Shown here piece by piece: positions 47,445-58,362 of a DNA stretch of 64,000 bases; within the stretch, counting starts at the first letter, position 1, and each line of letters starts with the position of its first letter. A model generated the notes under the pieces. The model was not told the origin of the DNA. It did not search any database and saw only the letters and a program-made list of their open reading frames with translations. Location: contig JBNRSN020000031.1 in assembly GCA_051313645.2 (NCBI GenBank), forward strand, positions 21,452,001-21,516,000, read 5' to 3'. The translations under genes were made by a program, and so were the position numbers. This stretch comes from Centroscyllium fabricii. Taxonomy: Eukaryota.

Positions 47445-47792
47445 AGTCATAGAGTTATACAGCACAGAAAGAGGTCCTTCGGCCCATGTCCGCGCCGGCC
47501 ATCAAACCCTTTCTATTTTAATCCCATTTTCCAGCACTTGGTCCATAACCTTGTATGCAATGGCATTTCAAGTGCTCATCCAAATGCTTCTTGAATGTTG
47601 AGGGTTCCTGCCTCCACCACCCTTCCAGGCAGCGAGTTCCAGACTCCAACCACCCTCTGGGTGAAAAAGTTCCTCCTCAAATCCCCTCTAAACCTCCTGC
47701 CCCTCACCTTGAAACTATGCCCCCTGGTTATTGACCCCTCTACTAAGGGAAAAAGTTTCTTTCTATCTACCCTATCTATGCCCCTCATAATT
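47445..47792 (-). mobile_element. CR1 3' fragment
   Basis: MRGIDRVDRKKLFPL...NFFTQRVVGVWNSLP. Confidence 0.9.
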
Positions 47793-48320
47793 ATTAGCTT
47801 TGGGAAGGGTCACTGAAAAATTGGCAGATTGTTCCTGCGTGTTATACAGTGCAGTGTTTTCTCTGCATTTCCTCGCAGTTCCCAGCAGTAAATTGAAGAA
47901 AAACAAATTTGGGATTCACATTTATCTCCAGTTTTATTTCCTCACTGGCTTTCTTTGCACATTTTTATAAGCGCTATCAGCAACAACCTCTGTTATTAAA
48001 TTTAATGGGTTGTCTAAATCTTTTACAGTGTCTGCAGTTGTCAGGATTACTAGTTCATCCCTACATTGCAGTTGAAGAATGCTGCATCTTCAAACGACAA
48101 TTGGTAGTCAAGTTCAATGGTTAGCTGCTTCCTGCAACTGGGAATAACAGATGGGTCTATAAAGTCCAACTTGGCAATTCTATATTGGCTATATCATTCC
48201 ATCGGGCAAAAAACAACCACTGCTACAAATTGACTTCCAAATTTCCATCAATTTCCCCCCCCCCCCCCCCCCCCCCCCTCCTCCAGTTTTCACCTGCTAT
48301 GAACACAATTGTTGAAAAAT

Positions 48321-48496
48321 ATAGAAACATAGAAACTAGGAGCAGGAGTAGGCCATTCGGCCCTTCGAGCCTGCTCCGCCATTCAATGAGATCATGGCTG
48401 ATCATCCAAACCCAGCACCCCGCCGAGGCCGGATTTGAACCCGGGTCTCCAGTGCTGTGAGACAACAGCGCTAACCACTGTGCCACCGTGCCGCCC
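48321..48496 (-). mobile_element. Internally deleted HE1-like SINE
   Basis: Head joined directly to the tail; V domain missing. Confidence 0.85.
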
Positions 48497-49273
48497 TAAA
48501 TATTACATGTAGTAGAAGCTCTTTTAGGTGCTGGGTCACTGCTTTCCATTTTTACTAAACTGCTAGAATCCAGAGGAAGAAAAGGACTTTTGTGTCTTGT
48601 TACTAATTGCTGCAGGTTCAAATAATACCAGTGGGAGGCAAAAAGTCTCATTAGTACTTTTTTTTCACTAATTATACTGTTTCTAAGATTTCCGTCAAAA
48701 GTTCTAAATTCCTGGAACCAGTATTAATATTGGGTAATCATGTTTTGGAATCTTGCCAAATCAGGCCGGTTAAATCTGTTTAGTCATAAAACGTGCTGCT
48801 AGAATGGGGGGTCCATCAGCGTCGCTCCAGTATCTTAAAAAAAAATGGAAAGATAAGCACAGATAACCAATGATATTCATGACAAAATAAATGATCCGTG
48901 TCAGAAATGCTCCGTGGGCATAAATATTCCATATTTGTATTGGGTAAGTGCCCGTGTAAAGCCTGAATTGACCTCAATGGCAAAATAAAAAGATACAGAT
49001 TACTACAACAGGGCAGCTCAGATCCAATTGTACCGCTGATTTTCTGCTGCTTGACATTGCTACTGTGCAATTCAAAATACTGAAAGGTAATTTGGGATAG
49101 ATAGTAAAAAGGTCCTGAAGAGATTTTGCTGCTGTGGTCTACATACAATACTGTATTGTAACCATACTATTTGTTTTGCCATTGGCAAATGTAGCTAACA
49201 CTCATTGTTGCCATGTAGAAAAGCTTGTTTGAAAAACTTTCAGTAAATATGATTATTTTTCCCCTTTGAATAG

Positions 49274-49399
49274 CCGCCACTTGTAAAAACTCAAACTGTG
49301 ACCATCTCTGACATGCCCAACTCTGAAAATGAAATTGCAACCAATGAAGTTCCTGTTGTTCACACTGAAACGAAGACCATCACCTATGAAGCAGCACAG
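49274..49399 (+). CDS. EPB41: Protein 4.1R exon 18 (CTD)
   Basis: aatag acceptor, CAG|gtttga donor; PPLVKTQTVTISDMPNSENEIATNEVPVVHTETKTITYEAAQ. Confidence 0.97.
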
Positions 49400-49489
49400 G
49401 TTTGAAATTATTCTGAGGTGAACTTGTCTCGTTTGTAGCTTGAAGATCTAATTAAGATTTGTGTTTCAGTTTGACATCTTTTTTAGGGG

Positions 49490-49850
49490 GTGCTTCATAG
49501 CTCACTGAACTTATCCAGTGAATGAACTGAGCCAAACAAATTGGGAAGCTCCCAGGTTTGATCCCCAGTCTATGCTGTTAGCTGATGTCAGCCAGCAGGG
49601 CTTCACCAGTTGGCCTCCGTGCCCCTGAGTTAAAATGGCAAAAACTGCTCGGAGCTCCTGTTCCTGATCACGATCCAGTAACCCCTATTGGAAAGTGCGC
49701 ATCTGTGGGCATCGGGTGAGGAGTGTTTCAGGGTCAGCTGTGATGGCCGCTATTGTCAAATAGCCTGCTCACAATGCTCATACATTGCTGTATGGCCATG
49801 ATAGCATATAATCTGCTCCCAGGTATCTGCCAGTAACCATGGCTAGCAGG
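49490..49850 (+). mobile_element. Old tRNA-derived SINE-like repeat (related copies at about 60435-60830 and 61350-61527)
   Basis: B-box-like CCCAGGTTTGATCCCC and shared motifs AGCTGAT(G/C)TCAGCC and TCAAATAGCC across copies. Confidence 0.45.
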
Positions 49851-50093
49851 TGTATAAGAGACTCTCTGTTTAATCTGCTTCTGAATTTTCCTCCCGGCAA
49901 GGAAGTGACTGGGGAGCTGGCCATGTGAAGAATTTCAAAACTGCATCTGTGCATTGTTGTTTCAGTTCTACTGCCCTACAATTTTATTTGAAAACAGAAA
50001 ATAGCTTTCCCGCAAAACTAACATTAACGGATTTACTTTAGCACCCTATTAATTAGAGCTTTGTCACCGCTGTAGTGCTAGTTATGAGTCATA

Positions 50094-50883
50094 GGGCTGG
50101 ATTTTGCCAGCCCTGGGGAGGCGGGTTTGGTGGCAGGACTGCCGGGAAAATGGCAGAATTTGGGGGCGGGTGCCCAACCCGCCTCCATGGCATCTTACCA
50201 GGAGGCGGGTAGCCGACCCACGCCGGGTCCCGCCTCCTCAAGGGGATTAATGCCAATGAGCTGCCCGTTAACAGGCAGTGGTTTGGCTAATCCCTATTTT
50301 GAGCCCTTGAGTATGGGCTTCCCGATGGCTCCGAACCTCGCCAGGGTCAGCGAGGCGGGCCGTCGATCTGTGGGGGTCGGAGGGGCCGAGATGTCCGGTG
50401 TGCAGATGAGTAATGGGTGCATGTGTGCAGAGATAAGTGTGTGTAAAGTGTTTTAATAAGTTTTACTTACCTTTTACTTCTTCCTGCAAGCTTCCTCCTT
50501 TCAGGTCTCGGGAATCCCTCAGCTCACCGGCACAGAAAGCAGAATGGCTGCTGAACTGTCAAAAGCTGCAGCCTCCTGCTTCCTGGTCAGGAAGGCTTTC
50601 TAATAGAGTCTTGAGTAAAGACACAACTTAGAAGACAGATTGTCAGAGTTTGACAGCTTCACAGAGCTGTCAAACGGTGACATTTCATCTGTCAAACGCT
50701 CTTGACAGAGGAAACGTCACTCGCTGGCGTCAACTGTAACTGGCTTTCCCATAATTGGCCTGCTAAGCCTGCTGGGTGGGCTTAACAAGGTCAATCCAGG
50801 GAAAATAGCGTGGGTTGGCCACAAGTCGACCTAACAAGTGGGAATCCCGCCTCCAAAAGCTTCCCATTGACAAAATCGAGCCC
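50094..50883. mobile_element. Non-autonomous PIF/Harbinger-like element
   Basis: ATA duplication; 16-bp TIR GGGCT(G/C)GATTTTG(C/T)CA; inserted in the CR1 tail AGTCATA|GAGTTGTACAGC (uninterrupted equivalent at 47445). Confidence 0.85.
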
Positions 50884-52570
50884 ATAGAGTTGTACAGCAC
50901 AGAAAGAGGCCCTTCGGCCCATCGTGTCCGCGCCGGCCATCAAGCCCTGTCTATATTCTAATCCCATTTTCCAGCACTTGGTCTGTAGCCTTGTATGCTA
51001 TGGCGTTTCAAGTGCTCATCTAAATGCTTCTTGAATGTTGTGAGGGTTCCTGCCTCCACCACCCTTTCAGGCAGCGAGTTCCAGATTCCAACCACCGTCT
51101 GGGTGAAAATGTTTTTCCCCTTATCCCCTCTAAACCTCCCGCCCCTTATGTTGAAACTATGCCCCCTTGTTATTGACCCCTCAACTAAGGGGAAAAGTTC
51201 CTTTCTATCTACCCTATCTGTGCCCCTCATAATTTTGTACACCTCAATCAGGTCCCCCCTCAGCCTTCTCTGCTCCAAGGAAACCAACCCCAGCCTGTCC
51301 AGCCTCTCTTCATAGCTGAAGCGTTCCAGCCCAGGTAATATCCTAGTGAATCTCCTCTGCACCCTCTCCAAAGCAATCACATCCTTCCTACAGTGTGCTG
51401 ACCAGAACTGCACACAGTTTTCCAGCTGTGGCCTAACTAGCATTTTGTACAGCTTCATCATAACCTCCCTGCTCTTATATTCTATGCCTCGGTTAACGAA
51501 GGCAAGTATCCCATATGCCTTCTTAACCACCTTATCTACCTGTCCTGTCTTCAGGGATCTATGTACATGCACACCAAGGTCCCTCTGATCCTCTGTCTTT
51601 CCTAGGGTCTTACCATTCATTGTGTATTCCCTTGCCTTGTTAGTCCTTCCAAAATGCATCACCTCACACTTTTCAGGGTTAAATTCCATTTGCCACTGCT
51701 CTGCCCATCTGACCAACCCATCTATATCGTCCTGCAGACTGAGGCTTCCCTCCTCGCTATCCACCACCCCACCAATTTTGGTGTCATCAACGAACTTACT
51801 GATCATACCCTTTACATTCATATCCAAATCATTAATATAGACTACAAACAGCAAGGGACCCAGCACCGATCCCTGCGGCACCCCGCTGGACACAGGCTTC
51901 CAGTCACAAAAACAACCTTTGACCATCACCCCCTGCTTTCTGCCACTAAGCCAGTTTTGGATCCACTGTGCCAAGGTGCCCTGGATCCCATGGGCTCTTA
52001 CCTTCTTGACCAGTCTCCTATGCGGGACTTTATCAAAAGCCTTACTGAAATCCAAGTATACCACATCCACTGTCCACACGCCTAGTCACCCCCTTGAAAA
52101 ATTCAATCAAGTTGGTCAGACATGATCTTCCCTTGACAAAGCCATGCTGACTATCCTTGATTAATCCTTGTCCCTCCAAGTGAATACTAATTTTATCCCT
52201 CAGAACTTTTTCCAGTAATTTCCCTACCACTGATGTTAGGCTCACTGGCCTGTAATTCCCTGGTTTATCCCTACTACCCTTCTTGAACAATGGTACCACG
52301 TTAGCTGTTCTCCAGTCCTCTGGCACATCCAGAGAGGATCTGAAAATTAGTGTCAGTGTCCCTGCAATCTCCTCCTTTGCCTCGCACAGCAGCCTGGGAT
52401 ACATCTCATCCGGGCCTGGGGATTTATCCACTTTTAAGCCTGCTAAAACCGCTAGTACCTCCTCCCTCTCGATGGTAATATGTTCAAGTATATCGCGGTC
52501 CCCCTGCCTGATTTCTATGCCTACATTGTCCTTCTCCTTAGTGAACACAAATGCAAAATATTCATTTAAA
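50884..52570 (-). mobile_element. CR1 LINE ORF2 (RT) fragment, well preserved
   Basis: ORFs of 168 aa and 373 aa with KSPGPDEMYPRLL, GNYRPVSLTS, YLDFSKAFDKV, GVPQGSVLGP, FVDDTK. Confidence 0.96.
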
Positions 52571-52659
52571 AATGATGTTGCCTATTCATTGTCCTTTTTC
52601 TTAAGCTGATTTTTGATGCATTCTAGTCTGTGTCTGTTACCTGTAGAATAACATTGTTC

Positions 52660-53230
52660 TACAGAATCCACTATTCTGATGCTCTGCTGGCTGGCCTCCC
52701 ATCTTCCACAATCCATAAACTTCAGCTCTTCCAAAACGCTGCTGCCCGTATCCAAACACGCACCAAATCCCGTTTACCCATCGCCCTGTGCTCGCTGACC
52801 TGCAGGTCCACCAAGGTCTCAATTTTAAAAATTCTCATCCTTGTGTTCAAATGCCTGCATGGCCGTGGCACTCCCTACCTCCACAGCCTTCTCCAGCACT
52901 GCAACCTTCCAAGAACTCTGTGTTCCTCCAACTCTGGCCCATTGTGCAACCCCTGCTCCTTTTGCCTTAACGTTGGCAGCCATGCCTTCATCCATCCAGG
53001 CCCAAAGCTCTGGAATTCCCTCCCTGAACCCCTCTGCCTCTCCACCTCTCTTTCCTCATTTAAGATGCTCCTTAAAACCTACCTCTTTGACCAGCTTTTT
53101 CGTCATCTGTCCTGATATTTTCTTCTTTGGCTGGGTGTCAATTTTTGTCTGCTTCCACTGCTATGAAGCACTGGTGATGTTTTACTATACTGTATTAAAA
53201 GTGCCATATAAATGCAAATTGCTGTTACTA
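52660..53230 (+). mobile_element. L2-clade LINE 3' fragment
   Basis: LLAGLPSSTIHKLQLFQNAAAR...KILILVFKCLHG...LWNSLP...FKMLLKTYLF; tail ...ATATAAATGCAAATTGCTGTT. Confidence 0.85.
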
Positions 53231-53390
53231 AGTGGATTTTTTTTAATGATGCTTTTTCGCGGGTATTGTAGACTCGCCCTGATTTTCTAAATTCATTCTC
53301 TGGATCTGGGCGTCGCTGGCAATATATAACCACCACTGTGCACCCTGTTTAATGAACTTCTCAATAGTCGTATGTTGTAATTTGTTGCAG

Positions 53391-53486
53391 ACGGATGATG
53401 GTGATTGTGAGCCTGGGGTATTGATGAGCGCTCAGACTATCACATCCGAGACCATCTCCACCACCACAACCACTCAGATCACAAAG
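53391..53486 (+). CDS. EPB41: Protein 4.1R exon 19 (CTD)
   Basis: tgcag acceptor, AAG|gtaagg donor; TDDGDCEPGVLMSAQTITSETISTTTTTQITK. Confidence 0.97.
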
Positions 53487-53641
53487 GTAAGGAAAAATTA
53501 TTAAAACATTTGAAGGTTTCCGTTGACTATTTGTTGGTACTGTGTGACAAAAAATGGCATATCTACCTTTTCTATTGTAGTGCATTTTATAAGATGTGTG
53601 AATTTAGATTGGAAGGAGTTTTTTTGTAATTATTAAGGAGG

Positions 53642-54035
53642 TAGAAACATAGAAACTAGGAGCAGGAGTAGGCCATTCGGCCCTTCGAGCCTGCTCCGCC
53701 ATTCAATGAGATCATGGCTGATCATCCAAACCCAGTACCCCACCCTTGCCCTCTCCCCATATCCCTCGATCCCTATCGAGCCAACATAGACACATATCCC
53801 ACCCTATCCCCGTAACCCCACATATTCAATCCCCCTAACACCAAGGGTCAATTTATCATGGCCAATCAACCTAACCCGCACATCTTTGGACTGTGGGAGG
53901 AAACCGGAGCACCCGGAGGAAACCCACGCAGACACGGGGAGAATGTGCAAACTCCACACAGATAGTCACCCAAGGCTGGATTTGAACCCGGGTCTCCAGT
54001 GCTGTGAGACAACAGTGCTAGCCACCGTGCCGCCC
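53642..54035 (-). mobile_element. HE1-like V-SINE
   Basis: Full-length copy. Confidence 0.9.
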
Positions 54036-54179
54036 ACTGCTTATCTTCAACCAGCCATCAGGAGCTGTACGAGAGTGAGACCAGTATGGCTCAACATCTC
54101 AATTTATATTCCCACATTTTTTCACCAAAATGAATGCTTAAGTGCAGTCGAATTAAAGCTGCATTTTTGCTTTTTTCAG

Positions 54180-54260
54180 ACTGTTAAAGGGGGAATTTCA
54201 GAAACCAGAATTGAGAAACGAATTGTAATCACAGGGGATTCCGATGTTGACCACGATCAG
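54180..54260 (+). CDS. EPB41: Protein 4.1R exon 20 (CTD)
   Basis: tttcag acceptor, CAG|gtgaaa donor; 81 nt; [27 protein letters not shown]. Confidence 0.98.
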
Positions 54261-55044
54261 GTGAAAATGATTTTTTTTTACTGTGCAGTGAATTACTAGA
54301 TTCCATTTATAAAATATGTTCTTGGATTAGGATATTAATCTTCATTAAAACAAATAATCTATTAGTACCTCTCAGATGCACCTGATATTGTTGGTGAGTA
54401 ACTTATGATTTCATAATTAACAACTTGTGCTTAGATTGCATTATTAATTAGTTACTTCCAGAGAATTTTACCCCCTTTAAAAAAATTATTAGATTTCCTC
54501 ACAGCATAAACCATGACGTAGCCAAGAGGAAGTAACCTAATCTCTGGCTTCCACCAATATCAGTGTTCATCCTGATGCCAGAGCAGTGTAAAAATGACCA
54601 CAGAAGACTTCTTCTGCCTTAAGGAGGCTGTCCAAGTAATGCCCCATCCTTCCTTTAGCTCTGAATTAGTAACGTTCAGAAGATTTCTAAGTATAGAATT
54701 GCAATCATTCTAGCCTGTGGTGCAGTGTTGTGCTGCACCTGCACTCTTACTTTCATTTAAACCTGCTTCAGACTGAAATTACCAGTTTGATCCAAGTTGA
54801 CCTTTTAGTGGGGTTTTTTCTGTGTTGCTCAACTCCAGGCACAACATTTTAGTCGGTGAACATTTTGAATTCGTCTTTTTTTTTAAAGTTACATTTGTAC
54901 ACTCTGAAGAAATGGAAAACACAAATCACACTTATAAATAATCAACACGTTTGCAGCACCAAACTAGAGCAACTGCACAGTTAGGCAAATGCGTTAAAAT
55001 TTAGAGAATTGTGTCTCTTTTTTCACGTTCTTGTATTTTGGCAG

Positions 55045-55146
55045 GCTTTGGCACAAGCCATCAAAGAGGCCAAAGAGCAGCATCCAGATATGTCAGTGAC
55101 CAAGGTAGTGGTACATCAAGAGACAGAGATAGCTGGGGAGGAATAA
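55045..55146 (+). CDS. EPB41: Protein 4.1R exon 21, last coding exon (exon ends at 55152)
   Basis: ggcag acceptor; [33 protein letters not shown]; CAG|gtaaat donor 6 nt after the stop. Confidence 0.98.
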   Translation, partial: ALAQAIKEAKEQHPDMSVTKVVVHQETEIAGEE

Positions 55147-55374
55147 GCCCAGGTAAATCTTTTAATCAGAGATTGCATTGATTTTGCTAATACAGCCCAT
55201 AGTATCCTCATTAAAAGACAACATCATTTTTTCTAACAATTAAATGAACAGATTTGCTGACGAGATTACATACAGTGTTTATACGATGAATCAAATTTGG
55301 TATATGTCTTGTGATTTAACATCAGTTCAGTTTTGAGCCGCTAATACAGTATCTTGCGCTTTAGCAAGGAATGT

Positions 55375-55763
55375 CATAGAAACATAGAAGATAGGATCAG
55401 GAGTCGGCCCTTCGAGCCTGCTCCGCCATTCAATGAGATCATGGCTGATCATCCAAAACCAGTACCCTGTCCCTGCCTTCTCCCCATATCCCTCGATCCC
55501 TATCGAGCCTACATCGACACACATCCCACCCTATCCCCATAACCCCACATATTCAATCCCCCTAAGGGTCAATTTATCCTGGCCAATCAACCTAACCCGC
55601 ACATCTTTGGACTGTGGGAGGAAACCGGAGCACCCGGAGGAAACCCACGCAGACACGGGGAGAATGTGCAAACTCCACACAGATAGTATCCGAGGCTGGA
55701 TTTGAACCCGGGGCTCCAGTGCTGTAAGGCAACAGTGCTAACCACTATGCCACCGTGCCGCCC
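55375..55763 (-). mobile_element. HE1-like V-SINE
   Basis: Full-length copy. Confidence 0.9.
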
Positions 55764-56387
55764 TATCGAAGCGACAGACAGACAGACCCATCAGTAGTGT
55801 TGAACAGCAGACAGAAAATTGGTGCAGATTTAAATCTGCCATGTTACAGAATCCTGGTTTGGATATTTTCATCTGTAGCTGGTCTAAAATTTTAGTAGCA
55901 TGATGTGCATCTTCACTCCACATAAAAGGCGATTTGTGCTTTCAACTGCTACATTTCCTACAGAACAGCTGTCGATAGATAACGCAGTGGTGTAGTGCCT
56001 CGGTGTTCCAGGGTGGCAAGATGCTGCTTTGGATGCACAACTTGCCACACAGAAAAGTTTGCAGTTGGAGATGCTGAGCCGCGACCATGTTTTCCCCCAG
56101 GGGGTGAAAATCAGCAGATCTTGTACACCGCCCGTGTTGGCAGAGCAGCAGTATTGACCATGCTTTGGAAGGAAGACCATGCTTTGGAAGTCTGCCCCCT
56201 TTACGTGGAGATTGCTGTGACTTAGATGAGAGAAAAATGTATTTAAAATCTGCTGATTAGAATACTGAATAGGTAGCTACAGAAGTTTTGAGTGCTAAAT
56301 TGCGCAGGTTATAATTTAAAATTTCTACATTTAGTGGTTTGTTCGGCCTACTGTATGGTAATAGCTTCCTCATTTCTTGTTTTACAG

Positions 56388-57305
56388 AAGTAAAGAAAAT
56401 GCTGTGAGCAGCCTCTTTCCAAGTCCTACCGCTTGACCATTCAATGGAAGATTTTTATACCTTTTTAGGATCCGACCACTGCCATTTGTGCTTATTTAGC
56501 AACCCTTCAATAATCACCAAGTCTTATAATTGGAACCAAGTACACAAAAGACATTTGACAAGACGAGAAGAGACCTGAGCCGATGTGTACTCTTGGGCTC
56601 CATTTTCTTTGGATTTTTTTAAATTACTTGGAAACATTCTATTTGATACAGTTTTAGATCCATAGATTTTTACATATTTCAGTACCTAAAAACACAGGTT
56701 GAGAAAACTGCTTCGCTTTTGGGGTTTTACCCACTGGCTGTTTTAGTGCGCAGAAAATCACAAAGTTCAGTATTTAGGCTGAGAAGTTGAGTAGTTTGTG
56801 AAGAGTGGAGAAATGAAATTGTTTAATCATGAAACATTTTATACTGTGAATTAAAGGCGCTGTGAATAGTTGTGAACTTTGACACTTTGATTTCTCAATA
56901 TTTTAGCAAAAGGAATCTTCATTGTTACCTGTCAGGAGCCTTCCTCTCTTATTTTACTTTTGAAAGCTGTGGTATCCTTTTTCAAACAGACTGTCAAAGT
57001 TTTTCAAGATTCAGCACCAGCTAGCTGGCAATTCTTATAGTTTGGACCATTCTGGTAGGTTTTTCATAAACAGCTATTGAAATGCAAAAGCTTACAAAAA
57101 ACGATCACAGTGTTTAAAGTAAGGGGGGGAAAGCTTTAAAATTTTTATTCTATTTTTAAAGATAAACCTGTAAAGGATTTTGGAAAAAGGATACAACAGC
57201 TTTGATATTATCAGGAAGTTGTACAGAGCTTCAAAATTCCCAGCCAAAAAGCAGACATGTTGATTAGGATTGTGATCATCAAGTGCTAAAGTAATATGGA
57301 ATAAA
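56388..57305 (+). other. EPB41: Probable non-coding last exon (3' UTR) of EPB41; 3' end uncertain
   Basis: cttgttttacag acceptor at 56387; AT-rich non-coding sequence; AATAAA candidates at 57300, 58619, 61133 and 61957. Confidence 0.55.
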
Positions 57306-57658
57306 TTATTTAGAATTGCTCTTTTATTTATGTTTCAGATTTTTTTTTTAAACACGTCACGCAAATTTTCAAAACGTACGCTGCATAGTCTTGGCTGGAT
57401 AATTTAATCTTTGATATGTTCTAGCACTATTGATTATCTGTGTTCTGATGTGTTATATTTCTGTATAAAGTTTTTTGGTTTTCTGTCGGCAGAGTTTATC
57501 CAGCCCAGGCTGTTGCTGGCCAGGACTATGTGCCTCACTAAAACAGATATCATGCTCACAGATTAGACATTTGAAAAATATTGAGGTTCTGAAGTAACTT
57601 TTAGGTAGCTTCACAAACTAAAGTGGATGAAAATCTTAATTTCTCGTGCACAGTGATA

Positions 57659-58362
57659 CAGGTTGGGCACTGGTAATCCGGCACCCTCGGGACCAGGCCG
57701 GTGCCGGACCATTGAAAGTGCCGGACCACTGAAGGTTCTGGTAGAACGCGCGGGTGGAACACTCCCCGGGGATAGAACACTTAAACGGTGATTCAAAACC
57801 ACGCAACCTTTGCTGAAACCAATGAATATAAATTTCAGTGAAGACTACACAACCAGCGCAGGGTTTTGTTCAGTGGAGGATTGGAGGGTAGGGCACACCG
57901 GCCCTAATATTTTAGGGGTAATTCCTCAACCCCCCCCCCCCACTTTGGGCAGAATTTTGCCAGCGCTCACAGAACGGGTTTGGAGACGGGACCGCTGTCA
58001 AAATCAAAAAGATTGACAGTGGTCCGATATCCGGCTCTGAACCCGCCTCCTTGTCAGTTTCCCGAGTGCCGGTTCTGCCTGCGCTTTGCAGACACGGCAC
58101 TGAGCGGCGGGTCAGTCAATTGTGCTCGTTAGGAGGGTGTTTAAACTAATTAAATCCCCATTTTCCCAGCTCCGAAGCATTTCCCCAAGTTTTCCACGAG
58201 GTTTCCATCGCTCGGGGATCACGCCAGGTAAGTATGTCAGGATGTGTCTGTAGATGCAGGGCACTGTGCGCCCGCTTGAAAGCGTTGGACGCCGAGCGGC
58301 TCCGCAAACTGAAGAATTCGTACCGGATCACTGAAGGTGCCGGATTACCGGTGACCAACCTG
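57659..58362. mobile_element. MITE, CAGG...CCTG family, with an internal Harbinger-like fragment
   Basis: TA flanks; 27-bp TIR CAGGTTGG(G/T)CAC(T/C)GGTAATCCGGCACC; GGGCAGAATTTTGCCA at about 57947 resembles the ends of the second family. Confidence 0.88.
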
